The translations under genes were made by a program, and so were the position numbers. From the IMG/VR virus record IMGVR_UViG_3300007734_000672, positions 1-39,289 of that record: a DNA stretch of 39,289 nucleotides. One strand, given 5' to 3'. The stretch's first letter is position 1. Every line of letters starts with the position of its first letter. This document shows positions 24,101-32,618 of the stretch, piece by piece. This stretch comes from a virus. Lineage: Duplodnaviria; Caudoviricetes. The notes under the pieces are model-generated. The model had not been told where the DNA came from. It did not search any database and saw only the letters and a program-made list of their open reading frames with translations.

Positions 24101-26592
24101 ATGCGGCTGCTGTGCGTGCTGCCCAAACTAGGGTTGATAAAGCCGCTAAGCGTGTAGAGGATATTAGTGCGCGTACGCTGCCTAGTAAGAAGGAACTTGC
24201 TGCTGCTACTGCTGAGCTAGATGCGGCTGAGGCTAGGCTCGCTAGGCTTGGCGTTGTTCAGGAAGCCGACGTTGCTCTTGCTGGCGCTAGGGGTTCGCTT
24301 GCTTCGTTTACGCAGACTCGTAATGCTCGTGTGCGTGAAGTAAAGGCGATCATTGCAAAGAATAAGCCGGTGCTTGATGTTGAGGAAGTAACTATTAGTG
24401 TTGATGTTGCCCAGGGTATTGCGGGTATTCGCGTTAAGCGTAAGAAGGATTATGTTTTCTTTAAGATCGAGCAGGCTAAGAACGAAGTTCTTGATGATTT
24501 TATTGCTCGCATGGAGGGCTTAGATCAGCAAGCCTTGTTGCATGTGATGGTTACGCCGGATACGTTGCGAGCGTTTGACCGTGGTTCTTATGTTGGGCCG
24601 CGTGTTATTGATACAAGTCCTACGGCTAGGATTCGTAGTGGTCGTTTGGTTGAGAGTCAGGGCATTCTTTTTAAGTCTGGTTTGGAGCAGGCAAACCTTT
24701 GGGAACGCTTGTTGTTTGATACTGCCGAGTTAAAGAATGCGCAAGGTTGGCAGCGTAAAATTGGAGATTTTGTTAACGCTACGTGTCTTCCAATTCGCCC
24801 TTCGCAGAGGGCGCTTGACAAGGCCGCTGAGTACGAAGCGGGTGGTATGTCTTGGCAGGATGCCTTGAGTGAAGCTGTTGCTGATGAGGGCGTTGTGTAT
24901 GCGGCTAATAAGTTTAAGATTATTCGTCGCGCCGATCCTCGTGGTGGTATTCCTTCGGAGAATATTCAGCTTGGTGCGGCTAGGACTGTAGCTCCGCAAA
25001 CAGTTGAAGATATGTTTTTGAGTTACATTAGTTTTGATAAGTTGGGTGATAACGAATACTTGTTGATGCCGAAGGGTGTTTACGATGGCATTCAAGATGC
25101 GATTAGGAACCAGTCGTTTAAGTTTACCCCTGGTTCGTTTGGCAGTGGTGCTAATAAGCTTACTCGTGCGTGGCGCGACTTAACGCTAAATGTTTTCCCG
25201 AAGACTGCGTTTAATAACTTTGTTGGTTCTGCAATTCTTGCGTTTCAAGCTGGCGCTACGCCTCTTGATTTCTTTTATGCGTATCGAGCAATTATGGGTA
25301 GGGTTGAAAAGAATGGGCGCGTGTATGCGTTTCCTCCCGAGTTGCGTCAGCGTTACTATGAGCAGTTGACTAATCGTGTTGGTGGCGGTACTGGTCGTAC
25401 CGCAAAGTTAGTTAACGGTTACGCGACGACTGAGACGGCGTTTGCTTGGACTGCGTATTGGATGAATACGATGCGTCGTTTGAATGGTGCGAGCGAGGAC
25501 TTGTCTCGTGTTGCTGTGTGGTATTCGCAGGCACGAAAACAGGCTATTAAGACGGCGGCGCAAGACGCTGATGAGATTGCTTATTTTGCGAGTATGCGCC
25601 GGTTGACTGATTCTTCTATGGATGTTGTTGAGGCAATGGCTAGGAATGATCCTCGTTGGGAGACGGCTAACGAGTTGTTTCTTCAGAAATCGTTTGACTT
25701 TCTTGGTGATCTTCATCAAGGTGGACAACTGCAAGCAACGATTCGTTTGGCTATTCCGTTCTACCAGTGGTACGCGCATATCTTGAAGCTGACGTTCTTT
25801 ACGATGCCGGTTAAGTATCCGGGTCGAGCATTGTTTCTTCAAATGCTAGGTAGTATTGGCGAGGAGTATGTGAAGGAGCATGGCATTCTTCCTTCTGGCT
25901 TTGATGCGCTTTACCCGATGTTTGAGGGTGTCATTCCTATTAGTACGTCTACGGAGATTGTTGGTGGTGGCCCGCAGAAAGTCACGTTGGGGCTTAGTAG
26001 TAACTCGTGGTATCCGCAGGGTACGGTTACGCCTTTTGCGACGCAACCTATTGACACTACGTTGGGGATGATTAATCCGCTTATTAAAACTCCGGCGCTT
26101 GGGATTGTTTCTACTATTGCTGCGCTTACGGGTTCTGGTGCTTTTAAGTTTAAGGGTAATGATCTTACTCTTAGGTCTAAGGATGAGAATGGTAATCCGA
26201 TTACTGGTGGTTCCAATTTGTTTTGGTGGAACATGAATAATGCTATGAACATTATTCCGTTGGCTCCTTCGTTGTTTGATCTTGCGCGTAAGGCCGATAC
26301 GAGTGTGCCGTTTATCCATGATCGTCCTAGACCTAAGAGGGATTTGGAGATTAGTAATCCTAGTCCTAACGTAAGCCTTGAGGAGTTGTTGAGTAATCCG
26401 ACTGCTGGTAATGCGGTTACGTTTCTTGGCAAGTTTGCGTTTGGTTTGAACTGGTCTTACGCGCCTGGTGTTGGACGTATGATGGTTGAGAGGTATTCAA
26501 ATGCTTACCAATCTAAGATTAACGATGAGAAGCAAGAGCTTAAGAATATTGCGGATAATCTTGCGCGGTTGCACGCGGAGCAAAACAAGTGA
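21148..26592 (+). CDS. Large internal virion / DNA-ejection protein, 1814 aa
   Basis: Largest ORF, with Ala-rich coiled-coil segments and hydrophobic G/A stretches. Same position as T7 gp16 / P22 gp16-type ejection proteins. Confidence 0.65.
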   Translation: MAKKATPNPLLNAPVVNPKPSVKPKVKPKVQAAAKPVLDSSYEFVFDPSGWQSHEAQAVRALYADHTGGQDLAAQPDPQEALKASGVIKPPTSSRGRALDRGATRNVYSSAQDALDALGSWMDDNPIPIFGDPTSKVGRDLKPGLDYLSKEAGDFIGELTGKDVVKGIAAAGTGGLTQLLELASNVRVPLGIPGSKGKAPTISVGEALKAPFKAAGSLAAKFPDAYINANKGQAGAPGLTAKALQADPKNVAGAVASGITKSAELFSAMPILYGSAAPVDKDYLSAGDINVKLEDIAANTNKYIDAASDDKSKFTDDPFVNQLADKVIAGGLLAEEINLELQSAEEQQTWSGFAEPDINAMQIRAAKNGWAFDPLKPSGKAAWRKLTPAEWLYYAYTKNSYWPVLGRSLIRAAALTGLAPAGIIGMAASGVKYAGGDPEDAEMMIKYALAPIKTFQADSERYGVGAAFKNALRDHPDQVVLAIFTAARGLGAAGGIAGRAGAFGNAGRRVAAKNVAVTVPGEGVTIKTKVLPPAPIVETPDVRLGPGSLGSLTADRQAARVAAQAESDAQFAADVASGKIEATIVDSPPINAPVEIGVTTGNLLDIFFLRAVKAPLARISTPYRGRLASKAAEAKVRRQYNVEQGMRVEIRAALSRPFGRAPTQLELDRTGFNLIYAGQSLKGEKVTPGWMAKQFQAAIDEYRIKQNKNIDLFNETTGKIESMPEQAAQIKLWEDQITYHKQLDSVVIPEATMAEVRAIAKPLGEENTRIVAEILKEDVTATKRANYIRLIASNNDLQELGKLLQAERNASRKSLIKAQKKARELAAVYAEKVTPGGVGAKSRPKSVADQAQKKANLLAALVEARDAALKVSKDKSLDDATRQEALTLSGRYGDAAARLEASGAGVADRAAADAAIVAEIDALTLSDEAAAGLTPEAQAAYSAAQAAEAARAAQASVVSGLEARRAAALGQVAPLVGTQPLKSANAAAVRAAQTRVDKAAKRVEDISARTLPSKKELAAATAELDAAEARLARLGVVQEADVALAGARGSLASFTQTRNARVREVKAIIAKNKPVLDVEEVTISVDVAQGIAGIRVKRKKDYVFFKIEQAKNEVLDDFIARMEGLDQQALLHVMVTPDTLRAFDRGSYVGPRVIDTSPTARIRSGRLVESQGILFKSGLEQANLWERLLFDTAELKNAQGWQRKIGDFVNATCLPIRPSQRALDKAAEYEAGGMSWQDALSEAVADEGVVYAANKFKIIRRADPRGGIPSENIQLGAARTVAPQTVEDMFLSYISFDKLGDNEYLLMPKGVYDGIQDAIRNQSFKFTPGSFGSGANKLTRAWRDLTLNVFPKTAFNNFVGSAILAFQAGATPLDFFYAYRAIMGRVEKNGRVYAFPPELRQRYYEQLTNRVGGGTGRTAKLVNGYATTETAFAWTAYWMNTMRRLNGASEDLSRVAVWYSQARKQAIKTAAQDADEIAYFASMRRLTDSSMDVVEAMARNDPRWETANELFLQKSFDFLGDLHQGGQLQATIRLAIPFYQWYAHILKLTFFTMPVKYPGRALFLQMLGSIGEEYVKEHGILPSGFDALYPMFEGVIPISTSTEIVGGGPQKVTLGLSSNSWYPQGTVTPFATQPIDTTLGMINPLIKTPALGIVSTIAALTGSGAFKFKGNDLTLRSKDENGNPITGGSNLFWWNMNNAMNIIPLAPSLFDLARKADTSVPFIHDRPRPKRDLEISNPSPNVSLEELLSNPTAGNAVTFLGKFAFGLNWSYAPGVGRMMVERYSNAYQSKINDEKQELKNIADNLARLHAEQNK

Positions 26593-26743
26593 CACGCACT
26601 TATATATGGTACGGACTTTCTAGCGTTACTGCTAGTTCTTTAAGGTTTGATGAGGATGTTTGTTATCTTATGAACAATCATCAAAGCATCATACGAGTAC
26701 AGCAGTATGGTCTTTCAACCCCCCCCAACCCCCCCCACACTAT

Positions 26744-27358
26744 ATGAACATTCCAAGCTTGTCAACTGGGGAAGACGATGCTCTTAGGGATAACCTTAAG
26801 ATTCTTCAAAAGCAAACGCGCTTTAAGGTAGCGAACATTGATGTTCCTGTTGAAGTTGACTTGCCTGAAGTGAACGCTCCGGTGGGTCAGGTTGGTAATA
26901 CGTCGGCTGCGCTTAACCAGTTTAAGGACGCAAACATTCCTATCCCGCCCACCTCTAAGATCGGTGCGGCTGTTGTGCGCGCCGCGCTACAGATGAGGGG
27001 TATTCCTTACTCGTGGGGCGGCGGTGGCGCTGGCGGCGCTTCTAAGGGCATTGCGCAGGGCGCTAACACCGTAGGGTTTGATTGCTCTGGTCTTACCCAG
27101 TACGCATTTGCTAAGTATGGCGTGACAATTCCACGCGTGTCGCAAGAACAGTTCCGAGCAGGCACTCCTGTTCCTAAAGGCTCGATGCGTCCGGGTGATC
27201 TTGTGTTCTTTCATCCGCAGAGTGATGGGCAGCCGGGACACGTAGGTATCTTTATTGGAAACGGAAAGTTCCTTCAAGCACAACAGACTGGTGACGTTGT
27301 AAAGATCAGCGAGCTGTCGAGTCGTAGTGACTTGATGGGTGTAAGAAGGTTCGGATGA
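26744..27358 (+). CDS. NlpC/P60 peptidoglycan endopeptidase (probably virion-associated)
   Basis: GIPYSWGG, FDCSGL (catalytic Cys), PGDLVFF and GHVGIFIG (His). ATG 26744 preferred over TTG 26660. Confidence 0.9.
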   Translation: MNIPSLSTGEDDALRDNLKILQKQTRFKVANIDVPVEVDLPEVNAPVGQVGNTSAALNQFKDANIPIPPTSKIGAAVVRAALQMRGIPYSWGGGGAGGASKGIAQGANTVGFDCSGLTQYAFAKYGVTIPRVSQEQFRAGTPVPKGSMRPGDLVFFHPQSDGQPGHVGIFIGNGKFLQAQQTGDVVKISELSSRSDLMGVRRFG

Positions 27359-27594
27359 TTAACGACGACAACGCACAGGTAATTCTATTCCGATTGGAGC
27401 TTATGGAGAAGACGCTGGAGCAGATTCACACTGAGGTAAAGCGCACAAATGGGCGAGTTACCGAGCTAGAGATGGTTAACGCCGCATATAACGGCGAATT
27501 AAAAGCCAAGTACATTCAGCGCGTTATCTTTACAACGGTGCTGAGCGGCGCGCTTCTTGCTGGCGTTATCTGGTTTATCCAAGCCGCAATCTGA
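27355..27594 (+). CDS. Holin-like membrane protein (coiled coil plus C-terminal TM)
   Basis: KRTNGRVTELE coiled coil followed by a hydrophobic C-terminus; directly upstream of the endolysin. Confidence 0.6.
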   Translation: MINDDNAQVILFRLELMEKTLEQIHTEVKRTNGRVTELEMVNAAYNGELKAKYIQRVIFTTVLSGALLAGVIWFIQAAI

Positions 27595-27665
27595 TTGTTG
27601 CAAAGTTTAGTAGGAGTCTGCGCAGTCGCGTGGTATTCTAGTTGCGTAAGCAACGAGGAGATAAT

Positions 27666-28400
27666 ATGAGAACACTAACGCTAACCACTCCCTTGACACA
27701 CGGCCCAAGCGTTGACCGTGCGCAACGTATCCTTACTAACCGGGGATACTTTGTTGGAATCATTGATGGTGTCTTTGGTGAGATCACTGGTCGAGCCTGC
27801 GTTGACGCTAAGTACGCGCTTGGCTACGCCGCTAAGAACGTGAAGCCATCGTATGGCACCGACCTTGAAGCGTTCCTTTGTGGGAAGAAGCCGACCCCGG
27901 CAATGCGTATCCGCGCCAACCAGCGCAAGAAGAAGATTACGCTTGGCAATGCTGCGCTCAAGGTTGCACGCGAGTATGTTGGTGTAAAAGAGAATCCGCC
28001 AGGGTCAAACAAGGTCTTGTTCTCTGAGTGGTACGGCATTGTCGGCCCGTGGTGTGCAATGTTTGTCACGTACTGCATGGTGCAGGCAGGCAGCAAAACG
28101 TTCTCTAAGGGTACGCGGTATGCGTATTGTCCTTACATCCTTACTGACGCTAAGCAGAATCGCGGCATGACTGTTGTCCAGCCAGACGATGCGCGTAGTG
28201 GAGACATTGTTCTCTACTCGTGGAACCACGACAATGTGGCTAACCACGTTGGTCTAGTAACTACTCCACCTAATGGTGGCATCTCGTTTCTTGCACTAGA
28301 AGGTAACACTGGTGTTGGTGCGGATAGTGATGGTGGCGAAGTGATGGTACGCCAGCGCCACATCAAGGACGTTATTGCTTTCGTCCGAGTCGTCAAGTAA
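27666..28400 (+). CDS. Endolysin: peptidoglycan-binding domain plus CHAP amidase/peptidase
   Basis: G..V..AQ..L...GY....IDG.FG..T PG-binding motif. PWCAMFV, HVGLV and EGNT CHAP motifs. GAGGAG SD. Confidence 0.9.
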   Translation: MRTLTLTTPLTHGPSVDRAQRILTNRGYFVGIIDGVFGEITGRACVDAKYALGYAAKNVKPSYGTDLEAFLCGKKPTPAMRIRANQRKKKITLGNAALKVAREYVGVKENPPGSNKVLFSEWYGIVGPWCAMFVTYCMVQAGSKTFSKGTRYAYCPYILTDAKQNRGMTVVQPDDARSGDIVLYSWNHDNVANHVGLVTTPPNGGISFLALEGNTGVGADSDGGEVMVRQRHIKDVIAFVRVVK

Positions 28401-28429
28401 CTTACACCGAACGCTAAGAGGAGGACTAT

Positions 28430-29311
28430 ATGCGCGTTGCACGAGTAAACGAAACGTACGCGTACGGAGAGACATACCGGATCTGGCCCATCAGCGACAC
28501 CCACTTGGGGTCTGCTGATGTTGACGAAGACTTGCTGAAGGAACATGTTGAGGAGATTCGACAAGACAAGAACGCTCGCGTCATCTTCTTGGGTGACGTT
28601 GGTGACTTGATTGATTGGCGAGACAAGCGATTCCAGGCAGGCATGTGGCCCGAGCGGTACATGGACGCGATGCACGCAGAGGGTGGCATTCCGACTGAGA
28701 CGGTTGCGCACGCTGTGGAAATCTTTGCTCCTATCAGGGACAAGATTTGGTGCTGGTTGTCTGGCAATCACGAGTTCACGATTCGCTCTAAGATGGATCG
28801 AGAGATTGGTTCGGAGATTGCAGCTCAGCTAGGCGCGGAGTACTTGGGTTACGGGGGTTATCTTCGTGTCCAGTGGAAACGCGCATCGAGCGGCGCTAAA
28901 GGAGCTGAGCATGTTACGGTCTTTGACTTGCATCACGGTTGGCAAGGCGGCAGGACAACTGGCGCTAAAGTCAACCAGCTTGAGAAACATCTTGGGGAAT
29001 CTGACGCTGATGTTGTATTGCGTGGGCATTCGCACGACCGGCTTGCCCATATCTTTCCTAGCCTCCGCATCACGCCTTCAAAGGTTCGGGATTGGGAACG
29101 AGTCGTAGCGCACTGCGGGTCGTACAAGCTTGGTCGAGTTGATACGCAGCGCAGCCAAGAGGCGCACGATACGTGGGAAGCGCGTAAGGGTTTCCGTCGC
29201 AAGACTAGTAGTGTGATGGGGCCGCCGATCATTGAAATGACGATGCGAGAACCGTCGGAAGGCAATGGGATGACGAGTCCTGCTGGCGTACAATACAGAG
29301 TGATCCTATAA
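28430..29311 (+). CDS. Calcineurin-like metallophosphoesterase
   Basis: All five motifs present: SDTH, GDVGD, GNHE, HHG, GHSH. Confidence 0.9.
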   Translation: MRVARVNETYAYGETYRIWPISDTHLGSADVDEDLLKEHVEEIRQDKNARVIFLGDVGDLIDWRDKRFQAGMWPERYMDAMHAEGGIPTETVAHAVEIFAPIRDKIWCWLSGNHEFTIRSKMDREIGSEIAAQLGAEYLGYGGYLRVQWKRASSGAKGAEHVTVFDLHHGWQGGRTTGAKVNQLEKHLGESDADVVLRGHSHDRLAHIFPSLRITPSKVRDWERVVAHCGSYKLGRVDTQRSQEAHDTWEARKGFRRKTSSVMGPPIIEMTMREPSEGNGMTSPAGVQYRVIL

Positions 29312-29328
29312 AGTGGAGGGGGTGAAGA

Positions 29329-29508
29329 ATGAATCTGAATCCGAAGACAAAAGCAGCAGCAATCGGTGCTGCGGCGACCCTGGTGATTGTCTTTGCATTG
29401 GGCCTGTTCGGAGTGGAAGTCCCAGCCGACGTTGCGAGTGCAGTGACTCTGATCGTGAGTGTAGCTGCGGCGTACCTGAAGGACGCAAATGACTGGACAC
29501 CGCGCTGA
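29329..29508 (+). CDS. Probable holin, two TM helices, 59 aa (not in ORF track)
   Basis: GGAGG upstream. MNLNPKTKAAAIGAAATLVIVFALGLFGVEVPADVASAVTLIVSVAAAYLKDANDWTPR matches the actinophage-type two-TM holin pattern. Confidence 0.75.
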   Translation: MNLNPKTKAAAIGAAATLVIVFALGLFGVEVPADVASAVTLIVSVAAAYLKDANDWTPR

Positions 29509-29671
29509 TGTTGTAGCGAGCATGGCTCGTGATATTCGCTGGGCTTTGGATGCGCTTCGTGGTGGAGAACCACAAACTGCGGAGCGTATCCTTAGTCGAG
29601 CGTTTGAGAAGTACGTGTTGCTTCGCGATGGCGAAGAAAATAGACTTGCACAATCCGACGAGAACGTGTAG
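29489..29671 (+). CDS. Hypothetical small protein (start 29489 or 29522)
   Basis: Fills the gap; amphipathic helical sequence. Confidence 0.4.
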   Translation: MTGHRADVVASMARDIRWALDALRGGEPQTAERILSRAFEKYVLLRDGEENRLAQSDENV

Positions 29672-29674
29672 AGT
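29646..29674 (+). promoter_or_regulatory. Sigma70-type promoter for the recombination module
   Basis: TTGCAC-17 nt-TAGAGT, followed by GGAGG SD and ATG 29704. Confidence 0.6.
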
Positions 29675-29703
29675 CAACTTAACTAATCGGCTTGGAGGCC
29701 AAG

Positions 29704-30615
29704 ATGGGTACTGATCTTGTTGGTGGCGCGTCGCTTGACGACACGATTCGTCTCGCTACTGCACTCGCAAAGAGTGGGTTCTACAAAGACATTCGCGACG
29801 CAGCTCAAGGTGTAGTCAAGTTGCAGATCGCTAAAGAGTTGGGCTTGGGTATGCGTGGCATCTCCGAAGTCCACATCGTGGAAGGCAAGCCAACCTTGTC
29901 GTACCAGGTCATCTTGTCTAAGGTGCGGATGTTTACTGGGCCGCACGGCACGGATCGTTACTCGTTCAAGTACACGCGACGCGACGACGAATGCGTTGAG
30001 ATCGAATGGCTCATCAATGGCGAAGTTGTTGGCACAAGCAAGTGCGACACGGCTGACGCTAAGCGCATGGGCTTGGATGGGCGTGGAACATGGAAGAAGT
30101 ATCCACGCCAGATGCGCACAGCTCGCGCCGCCACCGAAGGTGTCAATGCTTTCATGCCAGAAGTCATGGGTGGTAGTATCTACACACCAGAAGAAATGGG
30201 CTTTGATTCTGGTTCAAGTTTCGACGGCGGTGCTGCTGTCGAAGCCGGAGAGGTGAGCGTTCTTCCCTCCTCACAGGTGGCCTCCTCAGACGCTCCCTCT
30301 CCGGCACCCCTAACCTTGAAGTCTGCCGACGAGAAGGCTGACGACATGGTTACGGAAGCCATCATCGCGCTCGACGCTGCGGAAGAAACCCTTGAGGGCG
30401 AGGTGATTGACTACACAGATACGTGGATTGAGATGTGCAAGAAGTTCTTTACCGACAACGTGGAACACAAGGCAGAGTACGCAGAGCTGCTTCAGAACGC
30501 AGGCTACTTGCCACCCGATAAGTTGACAGCAAAGGCTGTGTATGCAACGCTGGCGGAAACGCTTGGCCCTCGTTGTGGCGAGCTTGACTTGTTGATGAAG
30601 GAGTTGGCGGCATGA
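29704..30615 (+). CDS. RecT/Redbeta-like single-strand annealing protein
   Basis: LAKSG, ELGLG...VHIVEGKPTLS and WKKYPRQM..ARA motifs; acidic C-terminus; adjacent to an exonuclease. Confidence 0.75.
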   Translation: MGTDLVGGASLDDTIRLATALAKSGFYKDIRDAAQGVVKLQIAKELGLGMRGISEVHIVEGKPTLSYQVILSKVRMFTGPHGTDRYSFKYTRRDDECVEIEWLINGEVVGTSKCDTADAKRMGLDGRGTWKKYPRQMRTARAATEGVNAFMPEVMGGSIYTPEEMGFDSGSSFDGGAAVEAGEVSVLPSSQVASSDAPSPAPLTLKSADEKADDMVTEAIIALDAAEETLEGEVIDYTDTWIEMCKKFFTDNVEHKAEYAELLQNAGYLPPDKLTAKAVYATLAETLGPRCGELDLLMKELAA

Positions 30616-31466
30616 CTAGCATCCCGAATGGGGATGTAAGCGCATCCAAGATCAGCACAGCCTTTGGGCGTGCTGGTTGCGGAATGAAGTTCTATTATCG
30701 CTACGTTGAGGGCATTCGTGGCGTGATGGGCGCGCCTCTTGTGGCTGGCATCGCGTACGACGAAGGCACGCGCCAGTTGCATGACAACATGATTGCTGGC
30801 GAAACGATTGCTGATCCGTGGGAAGTGTTTGTGCATTCCGTGGAGAATCCTCGCGAGACGAATCGCGACGGCGAACTTGTGGAGTACGACTTGAGTGAGA
30901 TGCCACTAGACATTGTGGATCGTGGCGTTAGCGCACTCCGTATGTACGAGGATCAAGCCGTCAACATGAAGCCGCTTGCTACCCAGGTCTACGTTGAGGC
31001 ATCGTTTGCTGAGACGGACGCAAAGCTAATTGGCTACGTTGACCTAGTGGAAGCGGCGAGTGACGGGTTGTGTGTGTCTGATATTAAGTCGAGCATCTCG
31101 CCTCGTAAGAAGTGGGACGCGCAAGGCGCTGCTCGTGATGCACAGCTTGGTATCTATAGCGTGCTTGTTGCAAGCCAGATGGAAGCTCCGGTGACGGTTG
31201 TTGGTTGGAGGCACGCGCGTCTTGGTGGCAAGGTTGATGTTGCTGCTACGCATGTGAAGGCTCCTAATGCTGAGAGTGTGATGAGTCGCGTGTCTAGTTG
31301 GATTCGCGAGCTGGAGCATTGGTGTTCTACTGGTGATTTCCCTGCGTCCGGGTTGGATAAGGATGCGTGGGTTTGTTCGGAGAAGTATTGCGACTACTAC
31401 AATCGTTGCCCGTACGGCAACAGGTCGCAGCATGTTATCCCTATCACGATTGGAGAGGCACAATGA
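30612..31466 (+). CDS. PD-(D/E)XK exonuclease, RecB/Cas4-like, with Fe-S cysteines
   Basis: SAS...C..KFY.RY, GYVDLV, DIKS, QLGIY and C-terminal C..KYCDY...C. Confidence 0.85.
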   Translation: MTSIPNGDVSASKISTAFGRAGCGMKFYYRYVEGIRGVMGAPLVAGIAYDEGTRQLHDNMIAGETIADPWEVFVHSVENPRETNRDGELVEYDLSEMPLDIVDRGVSALRMYEDQAVNMKPLATQVYVEASFAETDAKLIGYVDLVEAASDGLCVSDIKSSISPRKKWDAQGAARDAQLGIYSVLVASQMEAPVTVVGWRHARLGGKVDVAATHVKAPNAESVMSRVSSWIRELEHWCSTGDFPASGLDKDAWVCSEKYCDYYNRCPYGNRSQHVIPITIGEAQ

Positions 31467-31843
31467 GTGCAGTCATTGAGACTAAGAACGAAGCGATTGA
31501 TCGCGTAGAGGCAAACGCTAACGCCAAGTGGAGAGAGGCGGCGTACTTGGCGTGCTGCTTGTGTGCGGAACAATGGATTGAGTTCACAACGGATGACGTA
31601 TGGGAACTGATGGATGCTTTGTTTCCTGATTGTCAGACGCACGAGCCGAGGGCAATGGGAGCGATCATGCGCCAAGCTGCGCGTGCTGGGAAGATGGAAG
31701 CAAGCGGTGAATACTTCAAGTCAAGAAGGCCGCAGTGTCATGGTCGCCCGGTAGCGGTTTGGGATAGCTTGACGTTTGACCACGATGCCATGATGACTGA
31801 ACTTTTGGGTATACAAAACAAGAAGAAGGAGACAACAGTATGA
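31463..31843 (+). CDS. Hypothetical winged-helix-like protein
   Basis: ATG 31463 after GGAGAGG. FTTDDVW...HEPRAMGAIM..AAR.G...HGRP..VW motif recurrent in phages. Confidence 0.65.
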   Translation: MSAVIETKNEAIDRVEANANAKWREAAYLACCLCAEQWIEFTTDDVWELMDALFPDCQTHEPRAMGAIMRQAARAGKMEASGEYFKSRRPQCHGRPVAVWDSLTFDHDAMMTELLGIQNKKKETTV

Positions 31844-32205
31844 GCATGTCGAGTGTGACAATGATCGGACGGCTAACCGCCGACCCCGAACAGAAGATTC
31901 CAGCAAGCGGCAACCCGTACACACGGATGCGCGTAGCTTGGAACAACAAGAAGGACACGCCAGGATACATCGACGTAACCCTCTTTGGTCGTACGGGCGA
32001 GATCGCCGCGCAGTACTTGAAGAAGGGTAGTCAGTTCTGCTTGAGTGGCGCACAGCTTGAGTGGCGCGAGTACGAGAAGGACGATGAGAAGCGCGTCGCA
32101 TACTCCCTTGTTGGTGGCAACCTTACGTTGCTTGGCAACAAGGATGATGTTGCTGGCGAGCCAGCACTTAAGCCTGTCGTTTCGGATGACGACATTCCGT
32201 TCTGA
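31840..32205 (+). CDS. ssb: Single-stranded DNA-binding protein
   Basis: IGRLTADPE, FG...E...QYLKKGS and the C-terminal DDDIPF tail. Confidence 0.95.
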   Translation: MSMSSVTMIGRLTADPEQKIPASGNPYTRMRVAWNNKKDTPGYIDVTLFGRTGEIAAQYLKKGSQFCLSGAQLEWREYEKDDEKRVAYSLVGGNLTLLGNKDDVAGEPALKPVVSDDDIPF

Positions 32206-32618
32206 TGCGAAGCGTTCTAATCGCTGCGCTCCTGCTAGTCGCGCCGACTGCGACGGCAGGAGCCTACCCTTTGCTGCATACTCGCAGCAAACCTGTGTAT
32301 CCGCCCCATTACAAGACGTTTATTGCTATTGCTAAGTGCGAGCAACCGTCTCGTGGTGGTGGCGGGTGGCACGGCATCGCTTGGAAACAAGAGTACAACT
32401 ACAGTTTCAAGGGCGGTATGGGAATGACGACGCAGAACTGGCTGGACTTCAAGCGTAAGGGACAGCCAGACAACATGGCTAAGGCAACGCCGGTCGAGCA
32501 GCTCTGGGCTGCGTGGCGTTTGTACAAGTGGGCAGACAAGACGTACCCCGGCAATGGTTACACTGCGTGGGAATGCAGCCCGAAGATTGGTTTCTTTGGA
32601 GAGGGGACTTGGAAATGA
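32205..32618 (+). CDS. Secreted Rpf-like lytic transglycosylase
   Basis: Signal peptide (MRSVLIAALLLVAPTATA). IAKCE (catalytic Glu), GGMGM...W, ATPVEQ..AA and G..AWEC align with the Rpf core. Confidence 0.75.
   Translation: MRSVLIAALLLVAPTATAGAYPLLHTRSKPVYPPHYKTFIAIAKCEQPSRGGGGWHGIAWKQEYNYSFKGGMGMTTQNWLDFKRKGQPDNMAKATPVEQLWAAWRLYKWADKTYPGNGYTAWECSPKIGFFGEGTWK

Noticed and set aside
21148-26592. Large Ala-rich ORF as a tape measure protein or virion RNA polymerase
   Set aside because: No tail tube or tail assembly chaperone genes and no RNAP catalytic motif seen. The podovirus-type context favours an ejection protein.
26660-26743. N-terminal extension of the NlpC/P60 ORF from TTG 26660
   Set aside because: It runs through the C8-AA-C8 tract and inverted repeat and has no SD. 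ATG 26744 is the more plausible start.
30612-31466. Cas4-like gene as evidence of a CRISPR-Cas system
   Set aside because: No cas1/cas2 or array. Its position next to a RecT-like gene indicates a phage recombination exonuclease.
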